Source of the DNA: Halobacteriaceae archaeon
GTDB taxonomy: Archaea; Halobacteriota; Halobacteria; Halobacteriales; Halobacteriaceae
Length of the DNA: 48,628 nt
Direction of reading: 5' to 3'
Assembly: GCA_042216675.1 (NCBI GenBank)
Contig: JBDGTS010000021.1
Coordinates: forward strand, 1 to 48,628
The translations under genes and the position numbers were made by a program. The notes below the pieces were generated by a model that saw only the letters and a program-made list of their open reading frames with translations, had not been told where the DNA came from and did not search any database. Positions 34,844-46,100 of this stretch are shown here, piece after piece (positions within the stretch are counted from its first letter, which is position 1; each line of letters opens with the position of its first letter).

Positions 34844-37045
34844 ATGGCAATGCAAACTGCCGAATCGACGCGACTTGACGACGGGACCGTGATGGAGGTC
34901 TCGGACGCTCGCGTGACCTTCGACATGAGTCGCGGTGAATCGTGTGTCCTCGACGACGTGGATCTCACCATCGAACGCGACGAGGTCCTCGGCATCGTCG
35001 GCGAGAGCGGGAGCGGAAAGTCGATGCTCGCTAATGCGCTCCTCGACGCCGTCGTCGAACCGGGGCAACTCTCCGGCGACATCACGTACAATCCGTCCGA
35101 CGGCGGGGAGCCGGTGGACGTGCTGGAGCTGTCCGAGGACGAGCTCCGGTCGTTCCGGTGGGAGGAGGTGTCGATGGTGTTCCAGGGGGCGATGAGCTCG
35201 TTCAACCCGACGATGAAGGTGCGCGACCACTTCATCGAGACGCTCGACGCCCACGACGTCGACGTCGAGGAGGGGATGGAACGCGCCGAAAACCTCCTCC
35301 GGGATCTCTATCTCGAACCGGACCACGTCCTCGACGCCTACGCGCACGAACTGAGCGGCGGCATGCAACAGCGGACGCTCATCGCCCTCTCGCTCGTCCT
35401 CGAACCCGAGGTGCTCGTGATGGACGAGCCGACGGCTGCACTGGACTTGCTGATGCAGCGGTCGATCATCTCCCTGCTCGAACGTCTCCAGTCGGAGTAC
35501 GACCTGACGCTGGTGTTCATCACGCACGACTTGCCGCTGGTGGCCCACCTCGCGGACCGAATCGGCGTGCTGTACGCCTTCGAACTCGTCGAGGTCGGTC
35601 CGGCGGGCGACATCATTCGCAACGCCGCTCACCCCTATACCCGGCTGTTGCTCGGGGCGACACCGGATCTCGACGCGCCCGTGGACGAGATGGAGGTCAT
35701 CGAGGGGTCGAGTCCGGATCCGGTGTCGGTTCCTGACGGCTGTCGTTTCCACCCCCGCTGTCCAATCGCGAAGGACGTCTGTCGGGAAGACGACCCCGAC
35801 TTCCAGGACGTCACCGACGACCACGTGTCGGCGTGTCACTTCTGGGAGGACGCCCGCGAGTCGGTGGACTACTCTATCGACGAAACCGGAGGCGCTGAGG
35901 TCAGCGTGGCCGACGACGCCGCCGCCACGGCCGCCGCAGACGTCGAACCAACGGACGAGGACCCCCTCGTCTCGCTCGACGACGTGACCGTGGAGTTCCG
36001 CTCCGACGAGTCGATTTTCGACCTCTTCGGGGAGTCGGAAGGGGTCCGCGCCGTCGACGGCGTTGACCTCGACGTGTACGCGAACGACGTCGTCGCGCTG
36101 GTCGGGGAGTCCGGGTGTGGCAAGACGTCGCTCGGGAAAGCGATGATCGGCATCCACCGTCCCGAGTCGGGAACGGTCCGGTATCGCGGCCACGACGTGT
36201 GGGATGTCCGGGATGGGGACTCCGATGCCGACATCGGGTTCGAGGAGATTCGGCAGTCCCTCCAGATGATCCACCAGGACCCTGGGAGTTCACTGAACCC
36301 GAACAAGCGGGTCCTCAGTTCGCTGGGGAAGCCCCTCCAGAAGTCCCGGCCGGGCCTGTCTCGCGTCGAACGCGAGCAGGCGATCAAGGCGATGCTCGAA
36401 CGGGTCGGGATGACGCCGCCCGACGACTACGCGCATCGCTATCCCCATCAGCTCTCCGGCGGCGAGAAACAGCGCGTCGCGCTCATCCGCGCGCTGTTCA
36501 TGAATCCGGATCTGATCCTCGCAGACGAGGCCATCAGCGCCCTCGACGTGAGCCTTCGGGTCGAGATGATGGACCTCATGCTCGACCTCCAGACGATGTT
36601 CGACACGTCTTTCGTGTTCGTGAGCCACGACCTCGCCAACGCCCGCTATCTCGCCGAGAAGGCGGACGGGCGCATCGCGGTGATGTACCTCGGCGAAATC
36701 GTGGAAATCGGGCCGGTCGAGCAGATCATCCATAACCCACAACACCCCTACACCAAGGCGCTCCGGTGGGCGACTCCGAGTCTCGACCCGGCCGCCGGAA
36801 CGGAGTCGCCGCCAGTGCGACGGATCGACATCCCGGACCCACAGGACCCGCCGAGTGGCTGTCGCTTCCACACGCGGTGCCCGGAGGCCCGCGAGGTGTG
36901 CACCCGTGAGCGGCCATCGCCCGACGACGCCGACGCCGGCACCGTCGCCTGCTTCCGGTCACAGTCCGACCACGAGTACTGGGAGAGTGAGGAACTGACC
37001 GACGCCGACGAGACGACCGACGTGTTTGACACCAACCGAGAGTGA
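34844..37045 (+). CDS. Dpp/Opp-type ABC ATP-binding protein, fused DppD-DppF
   Basis: Two NBDs (GESGSGKS and GESGCGKT; LSGGM and LSGGE), each with a C-terminal GCRFHxRC. Confidence 0.93.
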   Translation: MAMQTAESTRLDDGTVMEVSDARVTFDMSRGESCVLDDVDLTIERDEVLGIVGESGSGKSMLANALLDAVVEPGQLSGDITYNPSDGGEPVDVLELSEDELRSFRWEEVSMVFQGAMSSFNPTMKVRDHFIETLDAHDVDVEEGMERAENLLRDLYLEPDHVLDAYAHELSGGMQQRTLIALSLVLEPEVLVMDEPTAALDLLMQRSIISLLERLQSEYDLTLVFITHDLPLVAHLADRIGVLYAFELVEVGPAGDIIRNAAHPYTRLLLGATPDLDAPVDEMEVIEGSSPDPVSVPDGCRFHPRCPIAKDVCREDDPDFQDVTDDHVSACHFWEDARESVDYSIDETGGAEVSVADDAAATAAADVEPTDEDPLVSLDDVTVEFRSDESIFDLFGESEGVRAVDGVDLDVYANDVVALVGESGCGKTSLGKAMIGIHRPESGTVRYRGHDVWDVRDGDSDADIGFEEIRQSLQMIHQDPGSSLNPNKRVLSSLGKPLQKSRPGLSRVEREQAIKAMLERVGMTPPDDYAHRYPHQLSGGEKQRVALIRALFMNPDLILADEAISALDVSLRVEMMDLMLDLQTMFDTSFVFVSHDLANARYLAEKADGRIAVMYLGEIVEIGPVEQIIHNPQHPYTKALRWATPSLDPAAGTESPPVRRIDIPDPQDPPSGCRFHTRCPEAREVCTRERPSPDDADAGTVACFRSQSDHEYWESEELTDADETTDVFDTNRE

Positions 37046-37115
37046 TACAGATGCAACGTGAGCAAACCGACCGCATCGCGCCCGCCCCAACGGGCATCGA
37101 CGACGGAGACACGCA

Positions 37116-38156
37116 ATGAACTACTACGCCAAGCGCATCGGCCAGACCCTCTTCACCATCTGGGCGGTGCTGACCATCACCTTCGTCCTCATCCGGTTCA
37201 TGCCCGGCGGGCCGCTGGACTACCTCCGGGCGCAGGTGATCGCGGGCAACATCGGGCAGGGTAGCTCGTCCGGCCTGCAGGGGAGCACCGACCAACTGGC
37301 CGCGTTCAACCGACTCGCGGAACTGTACATCAACATCGACCCGGACAAGCCGATTCACGAGCAGTACATCCAGTACATGTCGCAACTGGCGCAGGGCGAC
37401 TTGGGCCAGTCCATCTACTTCACCGCGCCCGTGGAGAACGTCCTGTTGCCCGCCATCCCGTGGACCGTCTTCCTCGGGACCATCGCCGTCTTCATCTCCT
37501 TCGTCAGCCGCGTCGTCGTCGGGGCGGCGTTGGCGTACAAGGAGGGGACGCGCTTCGACGCGGGCGGTACGACGGCCCTCGTCTGGGGGCACTCGCTACC
37601 GTTCTACATCATCGGCATCCTGCTCCTGTACGTCTTCGGCTACCAGTGGGGATGGTTCCCCACGAGCGGTCGCTACAATGCAGACGCGGTGGCCGGCCTC
37701 AACTGGCCGTTCATCTCGGGTATCCTGAATCACGCGGCGTTGCCCGTCGCGGCGCTCGCGTGGGCCTCCTTCGGTGCCGGGGCCATCGCGATGCGCGCGA
37801 ACGCGATCCAGGTGCTCGGGGAGGACTACGTCCGCACGGCGAAGCTCCGGGGCATCGGCTCCAGGCGAATCACCATCCTGTACGTGGCGCGCAACGCCAT
37901 CTTGCCGATGTACACGGGGATGCTCATCCAGATCGGCTTCATCTTCGCAGGCTCGATCATCCTCGAACGCATCTTCGTGTACCGCGGCGTCGGCTGGTAC
38001 ATGTTCCGGGCGATACAGGCCGACGACTACCCGCTGATGATGGGCGGGTTCATCCTCATCACCGTGACCGTCGCCATCGCGATGCTCGTCGCGGACCTCA
38101 CGTACGGCATCGTCGACCCCCGCGTCTCCCGAGGTGAGTCAGATGAGTCCTTCTGA
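37116..38156 (+). CDS. Dpp/Opp-type ABC permease (DppB-like)
   Basis: RFMPGGP, EDYVRTAKLRG EAA loop, ARNAILP and DYPL motifs. Confidence 0.92.
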   Translation: MNYYAKRIGQTLFTIWAVLTITFVLIRFMPGGPLDYLRAQVIAGNIGQGSSSGLQGSTDQLAAFNRLAELYINIDPDKPIHEQYIQYMSQLAQGDLGQSIYFTAPVENVLLPAIPWTVFLGTIAVFISFVSRVVVGAALAYKEGTRFDAGGTTALVWGHSLPFYIIGILLLYVFGYQWGWFPTSGRYNADAVAGLNWPFISGILNHAALPVAALAWASFGAGAIAMRANAIQVLGEDYVRTAKLRGIGSRRITILYVARNAILPMYTGMLIQIGFIFAGSIILERIFVYRGVGWYMFRAIQADDYPLMMGGFILITVTVAIAMLVADLTYGIVDPRVSRGESDESF

Positions 38157-39249
38157 GACCGAGCGCACCAAGACCGACGGCGGCACCGCGGCGGGCACCG
38201 ACCCGCTGGAGGTGTTGCAAGGCACCGACGACATCGAAGCGAGTTCGCTGTCCGAACGCCTGTGGGCGTGGACCGACCTGTGGATCCTCGCACCGGCCCG
38301 GATCATGTGGCAGGACTACCGCACCCGCTACGGCGCGCTGATCATCGGGCTGTTCATCTTCGTGGGGACGGCCGGCGTCCGGCTCGTCTCCGCGCCGACG
38401 CAGAACGAGGGCCCGGCGTACGTCCAGCCGTTCGACCCGGCGTACACGGTGGACGCCTTCGGCGTCGCACCGTTCACGATCGATGTGGGCGTCGCGTCGT
38501 GGACGTACTCGGGCCTCTGGCAGTTCCCGCTCGGGACGAACGGGTTCGGCACGGGGCTGTTCGAACTCACCGTCCATGCGACGCCGGCGATGCTGAAGAT
38601 GATGCTCGCCGGCGGCGTGTTCACGACGGCTGTCGGTGCCGTCGTGGGCACTATCGCGGGCTACAAGCGGGGGACGGTCGAGAGCGTTCTGATGACCGCG
38701 ACGGACATCCAAATCGCGATTCCGGGACTGCCGCTGCTCATCGTCCTCGCACTGGCGATTCAGCCCGACGACCCGTTCGTGGTCGGTCTCATCCTCGGTG
38801 TGGACGCGTGGGCCGGCCTCTCGCGGTCCATCCACTCGCAGGTACTCGCGCTCCGGAGCGAGTCCTACGTTGAGGCGTCCCGGCTGATGGGCTTCGGGTC
38901 GGGGGCCATCGTCCGCGACGACATCCTCCCCAACGTGATGCCGTACATCATGATCAACTTCATGGGGAACGCCATCCGCGTCATCCACGCCTCCGTCGGC
39001 CTGTACTTCCTCGGCGTCCTGCCGTTCACGACTCAGAACTGGGGCGTGATGATCAACGCCGCGTACAACCGCGGCGCGATGCTGTCGTGGCAGGGCCTCC
39101 CGTGGCTACTGGTGCCGATCGTCACCATCAGCCTCCTCGGCTTCGGCATCACCATCTTCTCGCAGGGGATGGACCGCTTGTTCAACCCCCGGGTGCGCGC
39201 ACGACACGCCGACTCCACGGCGGACACGGTCAGCACCGAGGAGCCGTAG
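38143..39249 (+). CDS. Dpp/Opp-type ABC permease (DppC-like)
   Basis: FPLGTNGFG, YVEASRLMG, ILPNV and FNPRVR motifs. GAGGTGA SD-like site upstream. Confidence 0.92.
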   Translation: MSPSETERTKTDGGTAAGTDPLEVLQGTDDIEASSLSERLWAWTDLWILAPARIMWQDYRTRYGALIIGLFIFVGTAGVRLVSAPTQNEGPAYVQPFDPAYTVDAFGVAPFTIDVGVASWTYSGLWQFPLGTNGFGTGLFELTVHATPAMLKMMLAGGVFTTAVGAVVGTIAGYKRGTVESVLMTATDIQIAIPGLPLLIVLALAIQPDDPFVVGLILGVDAWAGLSRSIHSQVLALRSESYVEASRLMGFGSGAIVRDDILPNVMPYIMINFMGNAIRVIHASVGLYFLGVLPFTTQNWGVMINAAYNRGAMLSWQGLPWLLVPIVTISLLGFGITIFSQGMDRLFNPRVRARHADSTADTVSTEEP

Positions 39250-39288
39250 CCCTACACACTTTTCCGGGGACCAGTCCATACGGTCGGT

Positions 39289-39495
39289 ATGGCTTTCCGT
39301 GACCTGATGCGTCGGTTACTCGTCGCCGACATCGCGCTGGGTGTGTTGCTCGCGCTCTCCACCGTCGGCATCCTCGTCACCGGCGCGCGACTCACGTCCG
39401 CGACGCGCGTCGTCATCCAGCTCTGTGCCGGCCTCATCGTCCTGAACTTCCTGCTGGTCAGCGCGGTTCTCTATTCGGACTGGGAGCCGGTGTGA
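39289..39495 (+). CDS. Small two-TM membrane protein (68 aa)
   Basis: Two hydrophobic segments. Fills the gap between dppC and the SGNH gene. Confidence 0.65.
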   Translation: MAFRDLMRRLLVADIALGVLLALSTVGILVTGARLTSATRVVIQLCAGLIVLNFLLVSAVLYSDWEPV

Positions 39496-40506
39496 TCAGT
39501 CCGCGAGGTCCGCGAGCCGGTCCGCCAGCCGCGCCCCGATTTCGCCCATGCCGTAGTCGCTGGGATGGACGAGGTCGGGGGACAGCCCGGTCACGTCGGT
39601 CAGCAGGTCCGGCCCCTCGACCAGATGGAGGTCGTCGTGAGGCGATTCGGCGACGACGTCCCGGAGCGTCTCGCGGTACGCCGCCGTGGACCCGCCCCAC
39701 TCCTCGGGCGCGTCCTCGTCGCGCACGTCGGTGAACAGCGGGTAGAGCGTGACGCAGGCGACGGGTCGCTCGCCGCCCGCCACGGCGTCGACCATGTACG
39801 CCGCGCGCTTCCGGAACTCGGCGGGCGTGAAGCCGTTCGCGAGCATGTTCACCGAGATGGAGAGGACGCCGACGTCCCAGTCGTCGCGGTCTGCGACGTG
39901 GTCCGCGATCACCCGCTCGCAGTGGGCCGACCCGCTCGTGCCGAGGTTCACGAGGTCCGTGCCGAGGCGGCGCGCGGTCCGCGCGGCGTAGGTGTGGTGC
40001 CCGGCGCTCGCCAGCAGGCCCTGCGTGATGGAGGTGCCGTACGTCAGGAGCGTCCGGTCGGGTAGTTCCGCCTCGTGGGGCGGGCGCACGTCGCCCGCGA
40101 CATCGTGGAGGTGGACCGGTTCCCCCTGCAGACAGAGCCGGACCACAGCGGGGTCGAACGCCATCTCCGCTCGCCGGTCCGCGTCGATGGCGTGGAGTCC
40201 GTCGGGCGCGTCGAGTTCGAGCGCCGTCGGCTCCGGCCCGAGCGTCTCCCACTCCGCGGGATCGGCCGCGAACGAGCCGTAGTGGGGGACGACCGTACAC
40301 TCTCCAGTCGGACAGGAGAGCGTCACTGTCGCGGACCCGTCGCAGACGAATCTGACCTCGGTCCCGGCCGCCCACGTGTACATCTCGCGGGCGTTCTCGT
40401 TCACGTCGGCGCGGAGTTCCGGGGACAGTCTGTCGAGGCGACGGCCGTCGGTGTCCGTCTCGGTCAGCGCTTCCACGTTGTGCAAATCGACGCCGGCGTG
40501 GCGCAT
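39496..40506 (-). CDS. SGNH/GDSL hydrolase (probable carbohydrate acetylesterase)
   Basis: YGTSITQG (block I), NLGTSG, SISVN and DLVHP motifs. Confidence 0.88.
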   Translation of the reverse strand: MRHAGVDLHNVEALTETDTDGRRLDRLSPELRADVNENAREMYTWAAGTEVRFVCDGSATVTLSCPTGECTVVPHYGSFAADPAEWETLGPEPTALELDAPDGLHAIDADRRAEMAFDPAVVRLCLQGEPVHLHDVAGDVRPPHEAELPDRTLLTYGTSITQGLLASAGHHTYAARTARRLGTDLVNLGTSGSAHCERVIADHVADRDDWDVGVLSISVNMLANGFTPAEFRKRAAYMVDAVAGGERPVACVTLYPLFTDVRDEDAPEEWGGSTAAYRETLRDVVAESPHDDLHLVEGPDLLTDVTGLSPDLVHPSDYGMGEIGARLADRLADLAD

Positions 40507-40588
40507 ACCGACTCTGTGCCGAGCGGCGACTTAATCGTACCCCCGCGCCGACGAAGGTTTTTGTGGGTGGGAGGTGACCGCTCAGAGG

Positions 40589-43177
40589 ATGGCGACGCAG
40601 TCACCGCCGCGACGACTCCGCGTTGACGGCCGGCCCGAGCCACTCGGCACCGCACACGACGCCGTGACGTTCGGGTGGGAGACGCCGGCCGAGACACAGA
40701 CGGCGTACCGCATCCGCCTCGCGACGGACAGCGACCCGCGCGAGGCCCCCGACTGGGACAGCGGCCCGGTCGAGTCGGGCGATTCGACGGCCGTGCCCTA
40801 CGCCGGCCCGCGCCTCGACTCCCGGACGCGCTACCGCTGGACCGTCCGGGTCCGCGACGGCGACGGCGACTGGACGCCGTGGAGCGACCCCGCGGCGTTC
40901 GCTACCGGCGTCACGGACTGGACGGCCGACTGGCTGGCGCCGACCGGTCCCGAGTACGAGACGACGCCCGCCCCCGCGCCCGTCTTTCGGACGACGTTCG
41001 ACGTGGACCGGCCGGTGGAACGCGCGCGCCTCGACGTGGCGGCCGGCGGCACCGCCGACCCGCGCCTGAACGGCACGCGCGTCGCCGAGAGCGGCCTCGA
41101 CCCCGCCCAGACCGACTACGAGGAGCGCGTCCTCTACACCACCTACGACGTGACAGAGGCCCTCGACGCCGGCGAGAACGCACTGGCCGTCGCCTGCGGC
41201 CGCGAGCGCTACGCGATGACCGTCGAGAACGAGTGGGCGTGGCACGACACGCCGTGGCAGCGTCCCCACCCCGAACTGTCGGCGTCGCTGACGCTCACCT
41301 TCGCCGACGGCGAGACGCGGACGATTCGCACGGACGACTCGTGGCGCGTCGGCCCGAGCGCCACCCGCTTCGACTCGCTGTACACCGGCGAGCGCTACGA
41401 CGCCCGCGAAGCCGAGACGTGGAGCGACCCGGGCCTGTCGGTGGACTGGCCGACCGCGGCCGTCGTTGACGGGCCGGACGGGACGCTCGCGCCCCAGACC
41501 GCCCAGCGCGTCGCGCCGGTGCGCGAGGTGGCCGCCGACGACGTCTCCGAACCCGAACCCGGCGTCTATGTCTTCGACTTCGGCGAGCAGATTGCGGGCT
41601 GGGTCCGCCTCGCCGTCTCGGCCCCGGCGGGCACCGAACTCGACGTGATTCACGGCGAGACGCGACACGACGACGGCACCGTCGGCACCGAACAGGACCA
41701 TCTCGACGCGCCGTTCCAGACGGACACCTACGTCTGCGCCGGCGGCGACGAGACGTGGGAACCCCGCTTCACGTACAAGGGCTTCCGCTACGTACAGGTC
41801 GAGGGCCTGCCGGAGCGGCCCGACCCCGACACGCTCACGGGCGTCGTCGCGCACTCGACCATCGAGGCCGACTCCCGGAGCGAGTTCACCGCCACCGACG
41901 AGCGCCTGAACGAGATTCACGACCGGGCCACGCGGGCGCTTCTCAGCAACCACCACGGCGTCCCCACGGACACGCCGGCCTACGAGAAACACGGCTGGAC
42001 CGGCGACGTGCAGGTGACGGCCTCGACGGCGCTCTACAACTTCGAGATGGCGCCGTTCTACCGCAAGTGGCTCGCCGACTGCGCCGACGCCCAACGGGAC
42101 ACCGGCGAACTCCCGCCGTTCGCGCCCACGAGCGACTGGGGGTACAGCGACGGCCCGCACGACGCGGTCATCCGGGCCCCGAACCCCGCGTGGGACGCGG
42201 CGTACGTCCTCGTGCCGTGGTGGACCTACCGCCACACGGGCGACCGCACGTTCCTCGCCGACCACTACGAGGGGATGCAGGCGCTCGTGCGCTACCTCGC
42301 CGACTTCGCCGAGGACGGCATCCTCGACGAGGGACTGGGCGACTGGTTCCCGCCGGGCCACGGCGAACCGCGCTGGAACCCTCCGGAGGGCACCGCCATC
42401 ACCTCGACGGGCTATCTCTATCGCTTCGCCGAGGTGCTGTCCGACGCCGCGGACGTCCTCGGGCGCCCCCGCGACAGCGACGCCTACGGCGCTCTCGCCG
42501 ACCGCACCCGCGCGGCGTTCAACGACGCCTTCCTCGACGCCGACGCCGGCCTGTACGCCACCGGCGAAACCGAGGAGTACCGACAGACCTCGAACGCCTT
42601 CCCGCTGGCGTTCGACATGGTGCCCGACGAGCACCGCGACGCCGTCGTCGAGACCCTCGTCGCGAACGTCCGCGACGAACACGACGCGCACCTCGACACG
42701 GGCATTCTGGGCACGCGCTACCTCCTCGGCGTCCTCTGTGACGCGGGCCACACCGACCTGGCGTACGAGGTGGCGACCCAGTCGGACTACCCCGGGTGGG
42801 GCTACTGGATAGAACAGGGCGAGACGTCGATGCTGGAGACGTGGGAACTGTCGGCGCGGAGCCACAACCACCACATGTTCGGCAGCGTTGACGGCTGGTT
42901 CTACGAGTACCTCGCCGGCGTTCGGCCCGCGGCCCCCGGCTACGAGACGGTGGCGCTCGAACCGCATGTCCCGACTGGCCTCGACGGCGTCTCGGCCACC
43001 GTAGATACGCCGCGTGGCACCGTCGAGTCCGCGTGGGAGCGCACGGAGGACGGTGTCGAGTTCGAGTTCCGCGTCCCCAAGAACACCGAGGCCGTCGTCC
43101 GCCTGCCGGGGTCGAGCGACGCCCCCGACTCGACGGCGACGCTGTCGCCCGGGACGTGGACGTTCGTCACCGAGTAG
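40589..43177 (+). CDS. GH78 alpha-L-rhamnosidase
   Basis: FDFGEQIAGW, PRFTYKGFRY, VPTDTPAYEKHGWTGD, GDW, ETW and SHNHHMFG motifs. Confidence 0.92.
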   Translation: MATQSPPRRLRVDGRPEPLGTAHDAVTFGWETPAETQTAYRIRLATDSDPREAPDWDSGPVESGDSTAVPYAGPRLDSRTRYRWTVRVRDGDGDWTPWSDPAAFATGVTDWTADWLAPTGPEYETTPAPAPVFRTTFDVDRPVERARLDVAAGGTADPRLNGTRVAESGLDPAQTDYEERVLYTTYDVTEALDAGENALAVACGRERYAMTVENEWAWHDTPWQRPHPELSASLTLTFADGETRTIRTDDSWRVGPSATRFDSLYTGERYDAREAETWSDPGLSVDWPTAAVVDGPDGTLAPQTAQRVAPVREVAADDVSEPEPGVYVFDFGEQIAGWVRLAVSAPAGTELDVIHGETRHDDGTVGTEQDHLDAPFQTDTYVCAGGDETWEPRFTYKGFRYVQVEGLPERPDPDTLTGVVAHSTIEADSRSEFTATDERLNEIHDRATRALLSNHHGVPTDTPAYEKHGWTGDVQVTASTALYNFEMAPFYRKWLADCADAQRDTGELPPFAPTSDWGYSDGPHDAVIRAPNPAWDAAYVLVPWWTYRHTGDRTFLADHYEGMQALVRYLADFAEDGILDEGLGDWFPPGHGEPRWNPPEGTAITSTGYLYRFAEVLSDAADVLGRPRDSDAYGALADRTRAAFNDAFLDADAGLYATGETEEYRQTSNAFPLAFDMVPDEHRDAVVETLVANVRDEHDAHLDTGILGTRYLLGVLCDAGHTDLAYEVATQSDYPGWGYWIEQGETSMLETWELSARSHNHHMFGSVDGWFYEYLAGVRPAAPGYETVALEPHVPTGLDGVSATVDTPRGTVESAWERTEDGVEFEFRVPKNTEAVVRLPGSSDAPDSTATLSPGTWTFVTE

Positions 43178-46100
43178 TCACGGCCGCTCGAACGCGTACG
43201 ACCCCGCGCCGACTTCGACGACGACGGCGTCGCCGTCGCGTTCGACGGACGCGACGCCGTCGGGGAGGGAGTCGGCGGCCCCGCCGTCCCAGAGGGCGTC
43301 GCCGCCTTCGGTGACCGTCGCGTCGGCCGCGTCGGGAACGCGCACCGTCGCACTCGTGTTCCACGGAACCGTCACGTCGAGGGAGAGCGCGTCGCCTTCG
43401 GTCTCCCAGCGCACCGCGGCTTCGCCGTCCACCGTCTCCAGCGACGCCGACGCCCAGTCGAGGGCATCGACGACGCGGGGCGCGACGGTCAGGCCCTCGG
43501 CCACGGAGTCGTCGAAGTCGAGGCCGGCGAGCGCCGAGAAGAACCACTCCGAGACGAACGTGAACGGCGAGTGGTTGAACGAGTTCATCCCGTCGCCGAT
43601 TCGGTCGTCGGAGTCCCAGCGCTCCCACATCGTCGTGGCGCCGTTCCGGACCATATACACCCATCCCGGCCGCTCGGGTTGGCTCACGACTTCGTACGCC
43701 ACGTCGGCGTGGCCGTAGTCGGCGAGCGCGTTGATCAGCGGCCGCGCGCCGAGGAACCCGGTCTGGAGTTTGCCGCCGGCGTCGCGCACCGCCTCCGCGA
43801 GGCCGTCAGCGACCGCCGCCTCGTGCTCCTCGGGCACGAGACCCACGAACAGCGGTACCGCGTACGAGGACTGCGTGCCGGGACCGTACGTCGCCGTCTC
43901 CGGGTCGAAGAACCGGTCGTTGAACGCCGCCTTCACGGCCGCTGCGCGCTCCGCGTAGCGCTCGCGGTCCCCCTCGTTGCCGAGGACGCCCGCGATGTCC
44001 GCGAACAGCGATACGGTGTGGTAGTGGAATGCCGTGTTGAACAGATCGAACGGTAGGCCGCGGCGCCCGTCGGCGTTCTCGAAGGCGAGCCAGTCGCCGT
44101 AGTTGCCCGCTTCTTCGCCGATGATGCCGTCCTCCGCCACGTCGTGCCAGTAGTCCACGTAGCGCCGCATGTTCTCGTAGTGTCGCTCTAGCACCCGCCG
44201 ATCACCGAAGTGCCGGTAGAGGTGCCACGGGAGCGTCACCTGCGTCAGCGCCCACGTTCGGTCCTCCGGAATCGTGCCGTAGGCGAAGGGGACGGTGTCG
44301 GCGACGTAGCCGTGCTCGGACTGCTGGTCTGCGTGGTCCCGGAGCCACTTCTCGTGGAAGCGCACCGACTCGAAGTTGTACATCAGTGCTCGACCCGCGA
44401 TGTGGCCGTCGCCGGTCCAGCCCAGCCGCTCCGCGCGCTGGGGGCAGTCTGTCGGGATGCCGTGGCTGTTGCCGCGGAGGCTCCACTCGGCGTTGTGCTG
44501 GACCTGCGCGAGCTCCTCGTTCGAACAGTCGAAGGAGCCGGTTTCGGGCATGTCCGTGTGGACGACGCGGGCGGTCACGTCGTCGGCGTCGAGATCACCG
44601 GGGTAGCCGTCCACCTGCACGTAGCGAAAGCCGTGGTACGTGAACCGGGGTTCGTACGTCTCTACGTCGTCGCCGGCGCAGACGTAGGTGTCCGTCGGGT
44701 CCGCGGGTTCGAGGTCGATGCGGTTCAGGCTCCCGTCGTCGAGCCGTATCTCCGCGTACCGCAGGTCGATTTCGTCGCCCGCGTCACCGTCCTGCACCAC
44801 GAGTTCGACCCAGCCGGTGAGGTTCTGCCCGAAGTCCACGATGGGGCCGTCCTCGTGGTCGTGAATCGCCTCGGGCGTCCGCTCCTCGACTCGGCGCATC
44901 GGCGGCGTACGCTGGGGGACGAGCGTCCCGTCCGGTCCCTCGACGCGCGCGGCGTCGTCCCAATCGGTGGCGTCGTGGCCCGGCGTCGCCCATCCCGGTC
45001 GCTCGCGGCGTGCGTCGTACACCTCGCCGTCGTAGAGGTCGTTCTCCACGAGCGGACTTTCTGCGGCGTCCCAGCCCTCGTCCGTCGTGACGGTCCGCGT
45101 CGTCCCGTCCTCGTACTCGACGTGTAGCTGGAGGATGGCCCGCGGCGACCCGCCGGCGGTCCAGCCGCCGGCGTTCTGCCCGAAGCGCCCGCGCCCGAGC
45201 CAGATACCGAGGGCGTTCTCGCCGGCCCCGAGGGCGTCCGTCACGTCGTGCGTGGTGTACAGCGCCCGCTCGTCGTAGTCCGTCCACGCCGGGTCAAGCA
45301 CCTCGTCACCGATGCGCTCGCCGTTGACGTACAGCTCGCCACAGCCGAGCGTGCAGACGTGGGCGCGGGCCTCGGCCACCGGCTTCGTGAGGGCCACCTC
45401 ACGGCGCAGTAGCGGCGACGCGGCGCCGAACCGTGACTCGTAGTGGCCATCCACCAGCATGTCACGGCCCCACGACGCCGACTCGACGCTCGAACTGGCC
45501 GTCACGTCCGCGCCCCGCGCCACGTCGACGCCGTCGCCGGTCCGCACTGCGACGGCCGCGAGCGCGACGACGTGCCACGACTCGTAGGCTTCGCGAACGA
45601 GGTCCGGTTTGTACTGCGGCCCCCGCCCGGGCGGGTCGAAGGGGTCGAACTCGTACGGTTCGGTCGCGACGACGCGGAGGTAGCGCGCTCGCCCGTCCGC
45701 GTCGAGGGTCACCGGCTCCGCGCCGGGATTGGGCTGTGCGTCGCCGGTGCGGTCCGCGACGGTCCACGCGTCCTCGAACTCGGGATCCGTGGCCGCCTCG
45801 ACGCGGTACTCGACTGGGAAACCGAACCCCTCGGCGCCGCCCTGTCGGCTCCCCGACTTCCCGTGAATCGGCGACACGGTGAACCCGTCGGGCGTCTCCG
45901 GACCGTCGAGCGGCTCAGCGGGGTACAGCGTCACTTCCGCGACGTCGCGGCGCTCCCCGAGGTCGATTCGGACCCACTGCTCGTCCGGGCCCGTCGTCCA
46001 CTCGCTCCGATACCCGTTGGCGTCGCCGCCGTTCGGTTCGTGCGCGAGCCACGCCCCCTCCCAGTCGCCCGCGTCGCCCAGCGCCGTCGCGAACCGCGCC

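Noticed and set aside
40601-42967. Long antisense and alternative-frame ORFs (e.g. 40601-42967, 34112-36274, 2686-4860, 9175-10806, 13632-15161)
   Set aside because: Arg/Gly/Val-rich shadows expected in high-GC DNA. They overlap well-supported genes and show no motifs.
22384-43178. Zero-gap or overlapping convergent gene ends (22384/22385, 27927-27935, 39495/39496, 43177/43178) as a special mechanism
   Set aside because: Tight convergent packing without hairpin terminators is ordinary in haloarchaea.
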